From Eledone cirrhosa (taxonomy: Eukaryota): 64,000 nucleotides of DNA. The position numbers and the translations under genes are program-made. The notes beneath the pieces are model-generated. The model was not told the origin of the DNA. It saw only the letters and a list, made by a program, of their open reading frames with translations, and searched no databases. Location: assembly GCA_964016885.1 (NCBI GenBank), contig OZ024745.1, positions 62,992,001 through 63,056,000 on the forward strand, read 5' to 3'. Positions 14,802-29,720 of the stretch are shown here, one piece after another. Position 1 is the stretch's first letter. Every line of letters starts with the position of its first letter.

Positions 14802-15298
14802 TATCTATACACATATACAATCAGATATATATGTTTATACATACACATACATACACACTTGCACACAGACGCACACACACGCACACACTTCCACACACTT
14901 GCACACATACAAACATGCGTATATATATACATATATACATAAAGTGCATCCAAATATTTATATATTTATATAAAATTCATGCCTACACAGGTATAAATAT
15001 GAATATACAAGCATACATACTTGCGAGGGGCGGATGGTGGGGAATAGTGTAGGTAAAGGTTGTGGTGTTGGTAACGGTTGTGATGTTGGTGTTGTTAGAA
15101 TCAGTGCAGAATATAAAGCGATGTAGTTTAAAAATTAAGTACATATACTTATAAAACCTATGATAGGTTAATGAGTGAGTGGTTTTAAGTGAATATGGGA
15201 AATGAAGAAGAAAAATGAATATAACTTAAAGATATGTAATTACAAAGAAAATATTAGGGATGATGATAGTGGTAGCGGCCACTAATCTCAACTGATCC

Positions 15299-15348
<50 letters not shown>

Positions 15349-15350
<2 letters not shown>

Positions 15351-15507
15351 AAGGCAGGTAAAATTCCCGAGATCCATGGACGAGTTCTCTCCAGCGGTCT
15401 CTGTCCCTCATTATCGCTGCCATGTCCTGCGTCTCCAACAGACCAGTGTCTGTCCTTAGGGCATCAACATATGTTAACCTTGGTCTTCCTCTTCCAGTGT
15501 GTCCATG
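15349..15507 (-). mobile_element. RTE-clade LINE 3' end fragment in (TA)n
   Basis: Minus translation HGHTGRGRPRLTYVDALRTDTGLLETQDMAAIMRDRDRWRELVHGS, the typical RTE C-terminus (RGRP...DR..WR). Confidence 0.8.
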
Positions 15508-15533
15508 AATATATATATATATATACATACATA

Positions 15534-15959
15534 CATGATGGCTGTCCCCTCGTTATCGAGTATGGCCATTGCACGTTATATCATTATTAATAATTATTAA
15601 TTTATACTATCATGCAATGCCTGTGCATGAAGATATTTCTTAAAGTGAGGAAACACTGTGCACTGAGCCAATCCCACTCTCTGAGTGACAGTAGGTATAA
15701 CTCGAAAAGAAAAAAAGATCAACATCATCGGTAACTACTGAGCCGCCGGTTTTATATCGGAGTTATTCCAGTTTCCTGGGTTGCCTTCTCCTAGAAGAAT
15801 GCCCTGACAAAAGCCAAGGGTTCTTCACTCCCAATTGTTTAACCGCGCGGTACATGTGTATATACATATTTACACACTTTCGGATGGCCGTTGACTCTTC
15901 TGACTTCTTTCGTCCCTTGTCAGGTTTTGTATTTTGTCCTACAGTGTGTCCAAAATCAC
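15534..15959 (-). mobile_element. Diverged member of the ~550-bp (TATG)n-tailed non-autonomous retroelement family
   Basis: Colinear similarity to 16041-16598 (gcaatgcctgtgc, cccactctct, ccttctcctagaa, ggatggcc.ttgactctt, caggttttgt). Confidence 0.7.
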
Positions 15960-15981
15960 ATACATACATGATTTTTCGTTT

Positions 15982-16026
<45 letters not shown>

Positions 16027-16040
16027 TACATACATGCATA

Positions 16041-16598
16041 CATGGTGGCTGCCAACTCGTTTTCGAGTACGGCCACTACCTTATATCCATGTAGGAGAAC
16101 CCCTACCGAAGCGCTGAACGAGTGTGACTTTTTAGTCCAGCCAGCGACTTGAAAACTCTGGTACAAACACTACACCTGTGACAATTATTGACACATAGTG
16201 CTGGGCCCATGGTACCATGTGAGGACAAGTGCAGAGAGATCTCCAGATATAAAGCAATGCCTGTGCCGTGAAGCTTTTATAGTGAGCAAAGGCACTGCAC
16301 AAAGCCAGTCCCACTCTCTTAACCAAGATGATATTTACCAAAAAGAAGAACAAGTCAACATCATTGGATACCATCAGGGTTGCAGGTGTTATATCAGAGT
16401 TTTCCTTCTCCTAGAATTCTGCCTTGACAAAGGCTAAGGGGTCATCTCTCCCGGTGATTTTGGATGGCCATTGACTCTTAAGAGCTCCTTTGCCCTTTGA
16501 CAGGTTTTGTTTTTAGTCCTGTAGGATGTCCAAAGTCACCCTCCTCACCAAGAAACCTTGGTGGGGTTGCCAGTTTAGTTGCCAACGACCCGACCATG
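16041..16598 (-). mobile_element. ~550-bp non-autonomous retroelement, probably RTE-derived, (TATG)n tail
   Basis: Near-identical reverse complement of 43510-44010; the ttttccttctcctag...aaggctaa block resembles RTE 5' regions; no long ORF. Confidence 0.75.
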
Positions 16599-16612
16599 TA
16601 TGTATGTATGCA

Positions 16613-16710
<98 letters not shown>

Positions 16711-16847
16711 TTAAAAATGAAGTACATATAATTATAAATCCTATGATAGGTTAATGTGTGAGTGGTGTTAAGTAAATATGGGAAATGAAGAAGATAAATG
16801 AATATAACTTAAGGATATGCAATGCCAAAGAAAATATTAGGGTTTAT

Positions 16848-16896
<49 letters not shown>

Positions 16897-16899
<3 letters not shown>

Positions 16900-17295
16900 G
16901 ATATTAAACAAATGGAAACTACATTTATAAAACCATATTTATTTCATTATATATATTTCAGGGATATCATATTAAAAATATGGTATGCCCTCTTCAGACA
17001 AAATACAATATATAAACAGTTTTATAAATAAATTTGACATACCTTAAACTTTACAACTTCCATTGAAAAAGTTGTTTATAAAACTGTTTATATATTGTAT
17101 TTTGTTTGAAGAGGGCATACCATATTTTTAATATGATATCCCTGAAATATATATAATGAAATAAATATGGTTTTATAAATGTAGTTTCCATTTGTTTAAT
17201 ATCGTAAATATACTCCAAAACTTGTTGAGTGCTTTTATATCAGTTATAAAATATTTACTCGTTGTAACCCAACAATTTTAAATAAAACTTTTGCA
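16897..17295 (+). mobile_element. Family-B hammerhead fold-back module in (TA)n
   Basis: Arms 16897-17028 / 17075-17206 (132 bp each, 46-nt spacer) plus unique tail to ~17295. Confidence 0.85.
16940..17005 (-). ncRNA. Minimal hammerhead ribozyme with intact core; mirror copy 17098-17163 (+) has C3U
   Basis: UAUUUUGU-CUGAAGA-GGGcAUAcCAUAUU..AAUAUGAUAUCCCu-GAAA-UAUAUA-UA-AUGAAAUA. Confidence 0.8.
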
Positions 17296-17315
17296 TATAT
17301 ATATATATATATATA

Positions 17316-18975
<1,660 letters not shown>

Positions 18976-18980
18976 CACAC

Positions 18981-19028
<48 letters not shown>

Positions 19029-19454
19029 AGAATATTTTTGGAAACAGCGAGTTGGTTTGAAATTATTAGAAATGTAAGGTATCACCGTATTTTGACTAAA
19101 GAAATTAAAGAAATTATTTAGCCTGATAGTGGAGAAATGGAAAAAGATGAGTATTGACGTACATGGGAGTATTGACGGTTGGATAATACTTGTATCCCTA
19201 TATGTATGTTTTACACGTAGGAACACATACCTTATTATTATTATTAATCACCCCTAAGGTTGAGATAACACTTGGTCGTTTGAACTGCTGCTATTTCTAG
19301 TGGCAGGACATTGACCTGTCCACCCTGCCTTCTGTTTTTGCACACGGCACTAGACAAAATTGTTTCTTTCATCATTCACTCTGATCCGGGAACAGTTTTG
19401 TATGGCGTCAGTCTGTGATTTAAAGTCGGGAATTGTATATTCTCCGAGCGAGAA

Positions 19455-19540
19455 GTGCCTTCTGAAGAGTGTCCCCTTCTCAATAGAAATCCGTTTGGAT
19501 TATCCGTTTATTTGGGGACTTGAAACCGCGCTAAAGGCAC
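19455..19540 (+). ncRNA. Hammerhead ribozyme with long loop II, followed by ~70-nt tail and (TA)n
   Basis: GUGCCUU-CUGAAGA-guGUCCCC...GGGGACuu-GAAA-CCGCGC-UA-AAGGCAC: perfect 7-bp stem I, 6-bp stem II. Confidence 0.85.
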
Positions 19541-19606
19541 ATATAGTAAGTCCAGCAAATTTTTTAAAATTTATTTTAAAACTTTTGCTCTATTTGGTAG
19601 ACCTGG

Positions 19607-19658
<52 letters not shown>

Positions 19659-20039
19659 CAAGTATGTGTGTGTAAGAATGATGTATATGTGTATGCGCTT
19701 ATGCGTACAATGAGCGTGTCTGCACAGAGAGGTGAAAAATACATCGGTAGATCGACAGATTAGAGTCGTTTTAATATGCAGTCTGCCTCCAATATAACCT
19801 TTCATCACAGCCCTCATTCGTTATGCAGATGCTTTAAACATGGTTGACTATGAATTTTATCGTAGGCCACATGCAAATTTGCAGTCAGCCTCGCGGCTGT
19901 CGTAAGAGTGGTTCTATTGTATGGACTTAGCGGATTCAGCTACACAGTTTCTATCTAACTCAGCATTTCGACATAATATAATGCAATATATGGACATTCA
20001 ATGAAAGTATCTAGATACATTATGCTGTCTCTAGGGCCC

Positions 20040-21060
20040 AGTCTCTTCATGTTTGTCCGTAGATGATGAGGTTGTCAATAAGTTGGTCAAACACACAAGC
20101 CATGAATACCTGTGCTTGGTGGATTGGTGGATTATTTACATTAACAAATCGATAGAAATCGGGAAAATCAAATATTGGAGAATGTTTGCCTCCTCCGATT
20201 ACTCTCTCTCTCTCATTCATTTTCTACCTGTAGTTATTTATTTGCCTACAACGCTATGTTTTTAACTCTATCCGACACTACGTCCTTCTAACAACCAAAA
20301 AGAGGATGCGAATTAAAATTAAGAAAAATAAATTTCAGTCGTATTAAACTCACGAAAACTACTAAACATACCAGACATTAAAGGATAACATCTAAAATAA
20401 TAAATACTAAGAAAACGCTAGTAACACACATAAAAACCATCCAATGTAGAAATATGAGAATATAAAAATAGGAATATAGGAATATTTTATCCGAAACAGA
20501 TAACACAACCCACAATTCCCAACAACACCAACACCTAAAGCATATTAGAGCTATAATAGGATATGGTAAGAAATAATCAATGTATACCAAACAATAAAAT
20601 ATTTCCCGATGGCCCACAAATACAGCCCCCAATAATAAAATATCCCATGAGTAAAAGGACAGTGTAGACATCGATAAACTGGCTTTCCTAGATTTATTAA
20701 TATGGGGGGATATTTACAGCAATCACTAGATTTACAAATAAGTTGGATATACAAACAAATGTTTACATATAAGAATATCAAACACTTACAAATATGGCGA
20801 AAGCATATTTATAAGAAATTGCAGCACAAAGACAAAATTCACGTCAATCTTAAGTGTCATTTTATGGATTTCTGGAAGTTTTCCATCGCACACGGGTCGA
20901 AACCCTACCGGAATAAACAAGCGGGTGAAATTGAATTTGTCTAGCTGTTCAGCAATGTAAATCCTGAGAAGCGTATACAAAATGCTTTCAGGGTAATGAA
21001 CTTTACAAATGGATGGTACCTGCAATATGAATTCCAAAGAAACCATGTTCCATCTTCAAC
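20040..21060 (+). pseudogene. Possible highly decayed PLE RT-thumb/GIY-YIG remnant
   Basis: Weak similarity only: LSVDDEVVNK, NRRNRENQIL-like basic patch, WKFSIAHGSKPYRNKQAG followed by ICLA. Confidence 0.25.
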
Positions 21061-22587
21061 ATATAAAAATAAAAAATAAAATGGCAGTGAATGTGAAATT
21101 CATGAAAAAGTCTGGATGTAATACAACAATTTTAGCAGATTAGGCATGAGAAAACACAACGAGGCAACATTTTTTTTTTTATCTGTATATAAATACTTGT
21201 TAATGTCATTCATAATAAAAACCCCCGAAGAACTTGCAGGAAGTTTTAGTAGTAATTGTGAATAATATATGAATGATATGTAGAATCTCAATGTTTTTAT
21301 ATAATCTAGAGTGGAAGCCAGGTTGTCTAATTTTTAGGACGATTGACTACTTCCTAGTGAATTGATCAAATAAAACTTGCTTCATGCGTTTTACTTTTCT
21401 GTATTTCTGGACACACCATTCTATTATCTTAGCTATCAGGATTATATCGCAGACCATTTTGTAACGTTCCATTATAAACGAGTCTATCAATCATCTGAGA
21501 CGAGTTTGCAATTAAACCTACCAGTGCACAATTGCAGATAGATACCTCTCTCTGTTCTGCAGGGTTTTAAATAATAAGATTGTGAGAGCATAACTGAAGA
21601 AATATAAGTACTTGCTTTGTTGGAACCAAGGACATAAGGGTAATTACATCACATAGGTATATGCAAACTCTCCAATGTATATATATATATATATATATAT
21701 AAACATATATATCATTCGAGATTTGTGTGTACTTTACTCACGTTGAATCTATCGATGAAATGTGTCTAGCTATGACAAATATCAAGAAATATGTCTTTGC
21801 GCCAAAGTTAAAAATTAATATTCATTTTCTTCGGTGAGAGTATAACTCTATAATACTATAATACAATAAAACTCAAATCAGCAACTAATACTAATTTTAC
21901 AATATTCCCATTATTTTCTAGCAAAGGTAATATATTCAGATGATTATATAGTCAATTATATTACCGCTTGCGTTACTTATTCTATTAACTGAGTTAAATT
22001 TCCTTGGGTTATATACATCCTGCTAGCCCTGTGCAGAGTCGCGTACTTTACCAGACGACATTTGTTACTCGTTATGTTTTCACTATTATTTTTATTGTTA
22101 GACTCATTTTCCTTTTTGAGTCGATAGTTCATACATACCACTTTAACTTTATCGTGATGTTATTGCTAACATATGATGTTCTACTGTAATTCTGATGGTG
22201 TGGATGTTGATGTTGACGTTGACCCAATCGTTAACATTGCTGTAAACATCATATTTACACTGTCGGCTGCTGTTTGTTTTGTTCTTGCTGCTGTTATTGC
22301 TACAGAAGATGTTGCTGCTGCAACTGTTCTGGTTGACATCAAATTTGGAGTAAACAGCGAGATTAAATTTGATTTCAATTATGACGTCAATCTCGATGGT
22401 GCAAATAATAATAAGGATGATGATGGTAATAATGATATAATAATTAATATAGCACCGTCGATAATCGTCATCTACGTAGTGAATTATTCTTCAACATCCT
22501 CATTACTAATATCTTCACCACCATCATCAGCACCACGATTTTAAGTATAACAACAACAACACTACCACCACCACCACCACCACTAAT

Positions 22588-22619
<32 letters not shown>

Positions 22620-22674
22620 CAACAACACCAACACCAACACCAACAACAACAACAACAACAACAAAAACAACAAG

Positions 22675-24290
22675 CATATGATGAGCAAGTGGAAAACAAT
22701 TTTGCAGATGAAAATGAAGGATTGAAATATAAAAAGTGATCCCATCCGAATCAAAGGAATCTCAAGGGGATTCTGCCTACCACTGGCACTGTTATCAGAG
22801 ACACTAAACAGATCTAGATGGAGTATATATGTTTCTATAAGAAAATTTACTATCTCTATGCTGCAAATAAGAGGCAATTCAAAACACTGCTACAGACAGT
22901 ACGTCGTTTCAGAGTAACAGCCAAAAAATTTCGAATAGAAAAATCCACCAAGGCATCAATGAAGAAATGAAAAAAAACGAGATAAGAGAATTAGATAAAA
23001 TACAGACATGCAAATACTCAGGTATCAACGAACAAGGTTGTGTTCAATGGATGAAAGAATATATAGAGATATTAGATTACTACTTAAAACTGAACTGAAT
23101 GCAAAGAAGAGGGTAATTGGCATCAATATTCTAGTGATCCCAGTAAACAAAATTAGGAGGAATAGATGGAAACAAATACTGACTACATTTAGAATATACT
23201 ATCCGAAATCAGTTGTACAAATATTATACCTACCATTAAACAAGGAGAAAGGGTTCTTATGCAATTAGAAACTATTATAATATACCTACTGTAGTACTAC
23301 AAAAATATCTAATAAAAAAGATGGAATGTTAATACAAATAGCCACAAAACATGAAACAAACAAAACTTTGTTCTCCATTTCCCATGGAAACTGAGGAATA
23401 TGAAAAATATAGAACACAAAAGAAATTGTAAAAAAACAGCAAATTAAAATCTAAATTGAAAACTGAACTCCAAAATACCAAGCTTAATCCGTGGTAAGGA
23501 AAATCCTTACATGGCCAATAACTTAAAAAGCTGAATAGAGGGGAGGTAATCAAGCAAAACTCACATAGTTGGATTAAAAGCTGAGACATAAGGATTTCTC
23601 TTCGCAGCACCTGATAAAAGCCTCCACACCATAAACTACCATGAGCACATAATGCACATAAATAACTGCAGAAAATGTGGTGATGGACAAGAAACAATTG
23701 ACTACACTATCTCAGGCTGCCCAGCCTTAGCCAAAAATGAAAATATCCATGGATATGATATATTAATGACTTAAATACATTGGAAGCGATGCCATTACCA
23801 CGAAATACCAACAGAAAAAAAAGATGATGCATACACAATAAAAATTGTGTCAAAGAATGACAAAGCAACTATACTCTGGGATATGCCAATACACACAGAG
23901 AGGGAGAGTAAAGACCGCTAAGAAATAACAAAATATATTCTGATTGATGTATCAATCCCCACAGAGTACAATATATCTACCAAAGAAATGGAGAAATTAT
24001 CCAAATATAATTATCTAGATATAGAAATAATTTGAATGCGGATGATGAAAACAGAAAGAATACTTATAATAATAGGTATTCTGCGAATGATGAAAAAAAA
24101 CACATCAACAGATACATTATCAAAACCCCAGGACGGATAAATAGATAAATCATACACAACATGGCACTATTAAACAATGCACACATTCAGGAAGTTTACT
24201 TTCAAGAAAATAGAAACTACATGACCAAAAAGCACGCTGCTCAGACCCAAAGCGCACAGAACTCAGCTTTGTAAATTAGTTAAACGCGCA
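22675..24290 (+). pseudogene. Decayed R4/Dong-clade (RLE) LINE, RT to endonuclease
   Basis: ELNAKKRVIGINILVIPV, GKSLHGQ, CRKCGDGQETIDYTISGCPALAK (CCHC-like), ILWDMPIHT, ILIDVSIPTEYNISTKEMEKLSKY; many stops. Confidence 0.8.
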
Positions 24291-24422
24291 ATAATATAAG
24301 ACTAATATGTTTTTCCTTGTGTAAGTTTTCTCTAGCAATTGGTTGCTAGGGGTAAGCATCTTATATGACCTCAGATAAGTCCCTAATGATAATAATAATA
24401 ATAATAATAAATATAATAATAA

Positions 24423-24453
<31 letters not shown>

Positions 24454-24459
24454 AATAAA

Positions 24460-25131
24460 CACCATATTTACAAGGATGAGGCTAGCCCACTGTGCAGGAT
24501 CTGTGGTGAGAGAGAGGAGACTGTGGCTCACATTGTATCCGAGTGTAAACACCTAGCACAGACTCACTATAAGGGCTGGAGACATGATGTGATGGGCAGG
24601 GTGATCCACTGGCACCTATGCAAAGTAAACAATTTACCACATTCTGAGAAGTGGTATGAGCAAATGCCAGAGTCAGTGATAGAAAACGATCAGGTGAAGG
24701 ATTTGGGGATACAGACGGACAAGAAACTGGAACACAATAGACCTGACATGGTGGTTTTGGACAAGGAAAAAAGATCGTGCCTGATTGTGGATGTGGCCTG
24801 CCCATTCAACACGATAGTGCAAGAGAAGGAGAGGGAGAAAATTAACCGATACCAGGACTTAAAGTGGGAGGTAAAAAGGATTTGGAACTGCCACGAAGTC
24901 AAAGTGGTCCCGATTGTCATAAGCGCACTAGGTACTATCTCAAAAAGTTTCCAGGGATGGTTAAAGAAAATTGGCCCCGCCACGCTTTTTGGAACGCTTC
25001 AAAAGGCATGCTTGCTGGGAACAGCAAGAACCCTCCGATACGTCCTGAATATCTGAGGCTGCAGGTAGTGGCTTGATATTCATTTCAACAAACTTTCCAG
25101 TTAACTAACATCAATGACTGAGACTCAAAGA
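24460..25131 (+). mobile_element. Young 5'-truncated R4/Dong-like LINE (CCHC + restriction-like endonuclease + 3' UTR) in (AAT)n
   Basis: ORF 24523-25056: AHIVSECKHLAQTHYKGWRHD...NRPDMVVLD...IVDVACPF...EKINRYQDL...VVPIVISALGTI; (AAT)n on both sides. Confidence 0.92.
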
Positions 25132-25139
25132 ACAATAAC

Positions 25140-25176
<37 letters not shown>

Positions 25177-25177
25177 T

Positions 25178-26091
25178 AAGAGTAAGGAGCGTATTAAAAT
25201 CACATCTAAATAGTAGGAATGTCATAAGTGCAGTGAATTCCCGAGCTGTGTCTATCATTAAGTACAGTGCGGGAATTTTGAAATGGAATGTTGCTGAACA
25301 ACAAGAAATGGATAGGAAGACTAGGAAGCTATTGACTATCTACAACATGTTCCACAAGAGGAGTGATGTCGATAAACTCTACTTAAAGAGATCTGAAGCT
25401 GGAAGAGGTCTTATCACCATATTTACAAGGTGGAGGCTAGCCCACTGTGTAGGATCTGTGGAGAGAGGAGACTGTGGCTCACATTGTATCCGAGTGTAAA
25501 CACCTAGCCCAGACTCACTATAAAGGCTGGAGACATGATGTGATGGGCAGGGTGATCCACTGGCACCTATGCAAAGTAAACAATTTACCACATTCTGAGA
25601 AGTGGTATGAACATAAGCCAGAGTAGGTGATAGAAAACGATCAGGTGAAGGTGCTATGGGGTTTTAGGATACAGACGGAGAAGAAACTGGAACACAATAG
25701 GCCTGAGCTGGTGGTTTTGGACCAGGAAAAAAGATCGTACCTGATTGTGGAGATAGCGTGCCCATTTGACACGAGGGTGCAAGAAAAGGGGAGGGAGAAA
25801 ATTAACCGATACCAAGACTTAAAGTGGGAGGTAAAAAGGATTTGGACCTGCCATGAAGTCAGAGTCGTCCCGATTGTCATAGGCGTACTAGGTATATCTC
25901 AAAGAATTTCCAAAGATGGATAAAGAAAGTTATTCCAGACCCGCTTTTTGGAACACTTCAAAAGACATTCTTGCTGGGAACAGGAAGAACCCTCCTATAC
26001 GTCCTGAATATCTGAGGCTGCAGGTAGCGGCTTGATATTCATTTCAACAAACTTTCCAGTTAAATAACATCAATGACTGAGACTCAAAAAA
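25178..26091 (+). mobile_element. Second, internally deleted copy of the same R4/Dong-like LINE
   Basis: NSRAVSIIKYSAGILKW...MDRKTRKLLT...HKRSDVDKLYLKRSEAGRGL joined at ~25415 to the same CCHC-RLE region and 3' UTR; AAT tail. Confidence 0.9.
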
Positions 26092-26102
26092 CAATAATAA
26101 TA

Positions 26103-26280
26103 ATCATGCTTTCTTTATTAACCGCAAGGGTTTACACAATGTAGACATTTAGGACAGTACAGGACGGTACAAATGGGCATTTCTGCGTGTTAAAAAACCC
26201 CCAAAACAGGCGATGTAATAAAAAAAGAATAATGAAAAAATCCCCAATAGGGGGGAGACTTCCGAGGGCCATCGTGGAGA
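26103..26280 (-). mobile_element. Possible LINE 3' UTR fragment
   Basis: Minus strand ends GCGGTTAATAAAGAAAG next to the AAT tract; no other support. Confidence 0.3.
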
Positions 26281-26282
26281 AA

Positions 26283-26783
26283 TAATAGTTTCTTATATAG
26301 GCACAAGGCCAGCAATTTTGGGGGAAGGGAAAGTCGATTAAATCGATCGCAGTGAGTGACTGGTACTTTTATCGACCCTGTAAGGATGAAAGGCAAAGCT
26401 AACCTCGTAAGAGCGTAAAGTGGCGTAACTCTATGCTACAAAGCATGGTGTGTGACGTTTTATTGATACTTTCAAACCACAATAATAATAATTGTTTCTA
26501 CTTTTGGAACAAGGCCAGCAATTACCCAGACATTACTGGTACTTTATTTTATCGACCCCCGTAAGGATGAAAGGCAAAGTTAATCTTGACGGGATTTGAA
26601 CTCAGATCGTAAAGGGACGTAGCTATACTGGAATGCATGGCGTCTGAACCTCTACCGATACTGCCAATTTACCGCCTCGATAGAATAATAATTGTTTCTA
26701 CTTTAGGCACAAGGCCAGCAATTACCCAGTGCATTACTGGTACTTTATTTTATCGACCCCGTAAGGATGAAAGGCAAAGTCAA
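26283..26783 (-). mobile_element. Three tandem family-1 SINE copies (26283-26480, 26488-26676, 26685-26783)
   Basis: Each begins tgtttct...caaggccagcaatt on the + strand; separated by short (AAT)n. Confidence 0.9.
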
Positions 26784-26829
26784 ATAATAATAATAATACA
26801 TAATGGTAAACTATATTATGCATTAAAGT

Positions 26830-27865
26830 CGTGGAAAAGGGTTCATTGGTACCAAAAATCTGCCATTGACATGAAATATTTTGACTGCAATTTTGGCGGT
26901 GGAATTGTATAACTACCTGATAATGCATAGTTTATTCCACTGGAGCAAAAGGGCATTAACAAATCCAGTATGGTTACAAAGATTCAACTTCTCATTGACA
27001 TAATAGTACTAAAGTATTGCAAAAGAAAACTGACAATTTTAGCCGGTACCTGGATTATAACAGAGGCGTACGATATAATGTTGCATAGTTGGATTTTGAG
27101 AATGATGAGCATGTTTGGTGGTGCTGACAATATGACCAATTTAGTGAAACAAAACCTTTCTGGTTAGAACACAGAATTAATGTCAAATGTAAAAGTTAGT
27201 GGAAATGTTCAAGGTGATGGCATGTCTCCTATGCTATTTGTGTTGGCAATTATTATTCTTTCGTGACTACTGAAGAATGTGAAAACTGTTTATGATGTGG
27301 GCCGAGGGAATGAAAGGTTCAGTCACCTGCTGTTCACTAATGATTGAAAAATGTTTTCCAAACTGTTAGAATTCTTTTAGAGGATATTAAAATTGAATTT
27401 GGATTGACAAAATTATTATTCACGGAAAGGAGGAAATTCATGAGGAACAAGGCACATGAGATGCCAAATGAATAGCACATAAAATCAACAGAAAAGGGGT
27501 CTAGCTACGAGTATTTGGGTGTTTTGTTAGCGGACGACCTACGGCTCTCGAAAATTAAGCAGAGTTCTTCAGAAGTATTCGGAAATTTCTTAAGAGCAAC
27601 CTGAATGGAGGAAACATCATTGTAGTAATTAATGCAAAAAAATGGAGTTGGTGTAATAGACTAGACCAGCATAGAGCTCCAAGCAATGGTTAGCAAAACC
27701 AGAAACGTTTTAAACATGCATGATCCCCTGCACCTAAGAGCAGACGAGTACCGGTTGTAAATGAAGAGGAAAGATGAAGGTCGAGGACTTATTGGTGTTG
27801 AAGAGTGTGTAAGCATAAAAAAGAAAAGCCTGATTAATTATACAGAACAAAGAAAGGAAAGACTG
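26830..27865 (+). pseudogene. Decayed R4/Dong-like RT fragment
   Basis: EQKG...TKIQLLIDIIVLKYCKRKLTILAGTWI..EAYDIMLHSWI, QGDGMSPMLF, HLRADEYRL, GRGL. Confidence 0.8.
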
Positions 27866-28469
27866 TGCGTGTGCATTTCTCTTATTTTCGTATTATTTGC
27901 ATTCAGGTATATGCATTCTATATGACTCTCTCTACAGATAAACAGAGTCAAAATAAAACTTCGGTCTCGGAGTTTCAGTTATGGTAATTGTAAATCTAAC
28001 TCTATTTAGCTTGAATAAATCTCTCTTTCATTTTCTCTAATGGATAGATTCGAGGAAGCAAGTACATGTGTAATTAAGCGGTTGGAATAATTATCGAAAG
28101 AATGAGACGTTGGGAGAAACAACACGAAAGAGAGAGAGAGAGAGAGAGGGAGAGAGAGTGAGAGAGAAAGAGAGACAGTGTGTGTGCGTGTGTGTACGTT
28201 AAATAGAGATATTTAAGAGAGGATGTGAATAAAGCATAAGAACAATAATTGTTTAGTAAGAGCTAAAAGAGTCCTGGTTGTGCAGTATACAAAAGACCTC
28301 CAGTTATGCTATATATATATACATATATAACGAGGTGGAACTTTCAGGGAAACCATGCCCCACCCCTAAATGATTATATTTTTCTCCCGAAACTAACAAA
28401 ACACACATCTATTTGTATACGCGCTACAATTTAAGTACATGTTATTTAGAGACAGATGGGAAAGATAGA

Positions 28470-29720
28470 TATAGATATAGAGAGGGGGAGAATTTGGTGG
28501 TAATTGATATAGTGAGTAAGATTGGGAGAATGTGTTGTATATTAGATATAGAGAGGGGGGAGAGATTGATGCTTATTCATAGTGAAAGAAGAATTTGAAG
28601 AGAGTTCTGTGTAGTAGACATAGAAAGGGGAAGAATTTGGTGTTAATTGATCTAGAGTGGAGATTTGACAAGAGTGTTGTATGGTTGGTGTAGAGAGGGA
28701 GAGTTTCGTGTTAATGAATAGATTGAGATGATAGATATAGATAAGTATTGATAAATATAGAGAGGTGGAGAGTTTGGTAGTGATATATAGAGTGAGGGGG
28801 AATGAGAGAGAGTGGTGTATGTTAGCTATAGAGAAGGGAATAGTTTGGTGGTAATTGATATAGAGAGGAAGATTGGGAGAGTATGTTGTATGTTTCATAT
28901 ATGGAGTAGGTGAGAGAGGGAGAGAGTTTGGGGTTAATTGATATAGAGGGAGGTATTAGGAGAGTATGTAGTATGTTTCATATAGGGAGTGGGAGAGATT
29001 GGTGGTAATTGATATAGGGAGGGGGATTGGAAGAGTGTGTTGTATGGTTGGTGTAGAGAGGGGGAGAAAGGGGTGGTAATGAATAGTGAGAGGATTGATA
29101 GAAATAGGTATTGACAGATATAGAGAGGGGTTTGGGAGAGTGTGTTGTATATTTGATATAGGGAGGGTGAAAGATTGGTGTTAATTGATATAAAGATGGG
29201 TATTGGAAGAGAGTCCGTGTATTATACATAACTGTTTCTACTTTTTGGCACAAGACCAGCAATTACCCAGTGCATTACTGGTACTTTATTTTATCGATCC
29301 CGTAAGGATGAAAGGCAAAGTCAACCTCAGCGGGGTTTGAAATCAGATCGTTAAGGGGCGTAACTATGCTGGAAAGCTTGGCATCCGATCCTCCATCGAT
29401 ACTGCCAGGGGAGAGTTTGGTGTTATTTGATATAGAGTGGGGGGTTGGATGAGAGTATCGTGTTGTAGATATAGAGAGCGGGTGAATTTGGTGGTTGTTG
29501 ATATATAGAAAGGGATAAAGGGAGAGTGCCGTGTAGTAGATATAGAGCAGATATTTATAGAGAGTGCGAGTGTATTAGTCTTAGATATAGAGAGTGGGAT
29601 AATAGAGGTGGTGTCGTGTTAGATACACAGGGCCGTAGAGTTTAGTTTTAGTATATAGAGAGAGAGGAATTAAAAGAGAGTTGTGTGTCATAGACATAGA
29701 CAGGAGCAGAGTTTGGTGGC
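28470..29720. repeat. Degenerate purine-rich minisatellite (~35/70-bp period)
   Basis: Recurrent gatatagagaggg..gagagtttggtggtaattgatatag..gattgggagagtgtgttgtat units; interrupted by a SINE. Confidence 0.7.
29228..29407 (-). mobile_element. SINE family 1
   Basis: Near full-length match to the other copies. Confidence 0.88.

Noticed and set aside
22173-22680. D/V/A-rich ORFs
   Set aside because: Low-complexity trinucleotide-derived sequence
24523-25056. 177-aa ORF as a host gene
   Set aside because: It is the C-terminus of a 5'-truncated retrotransposon ORF
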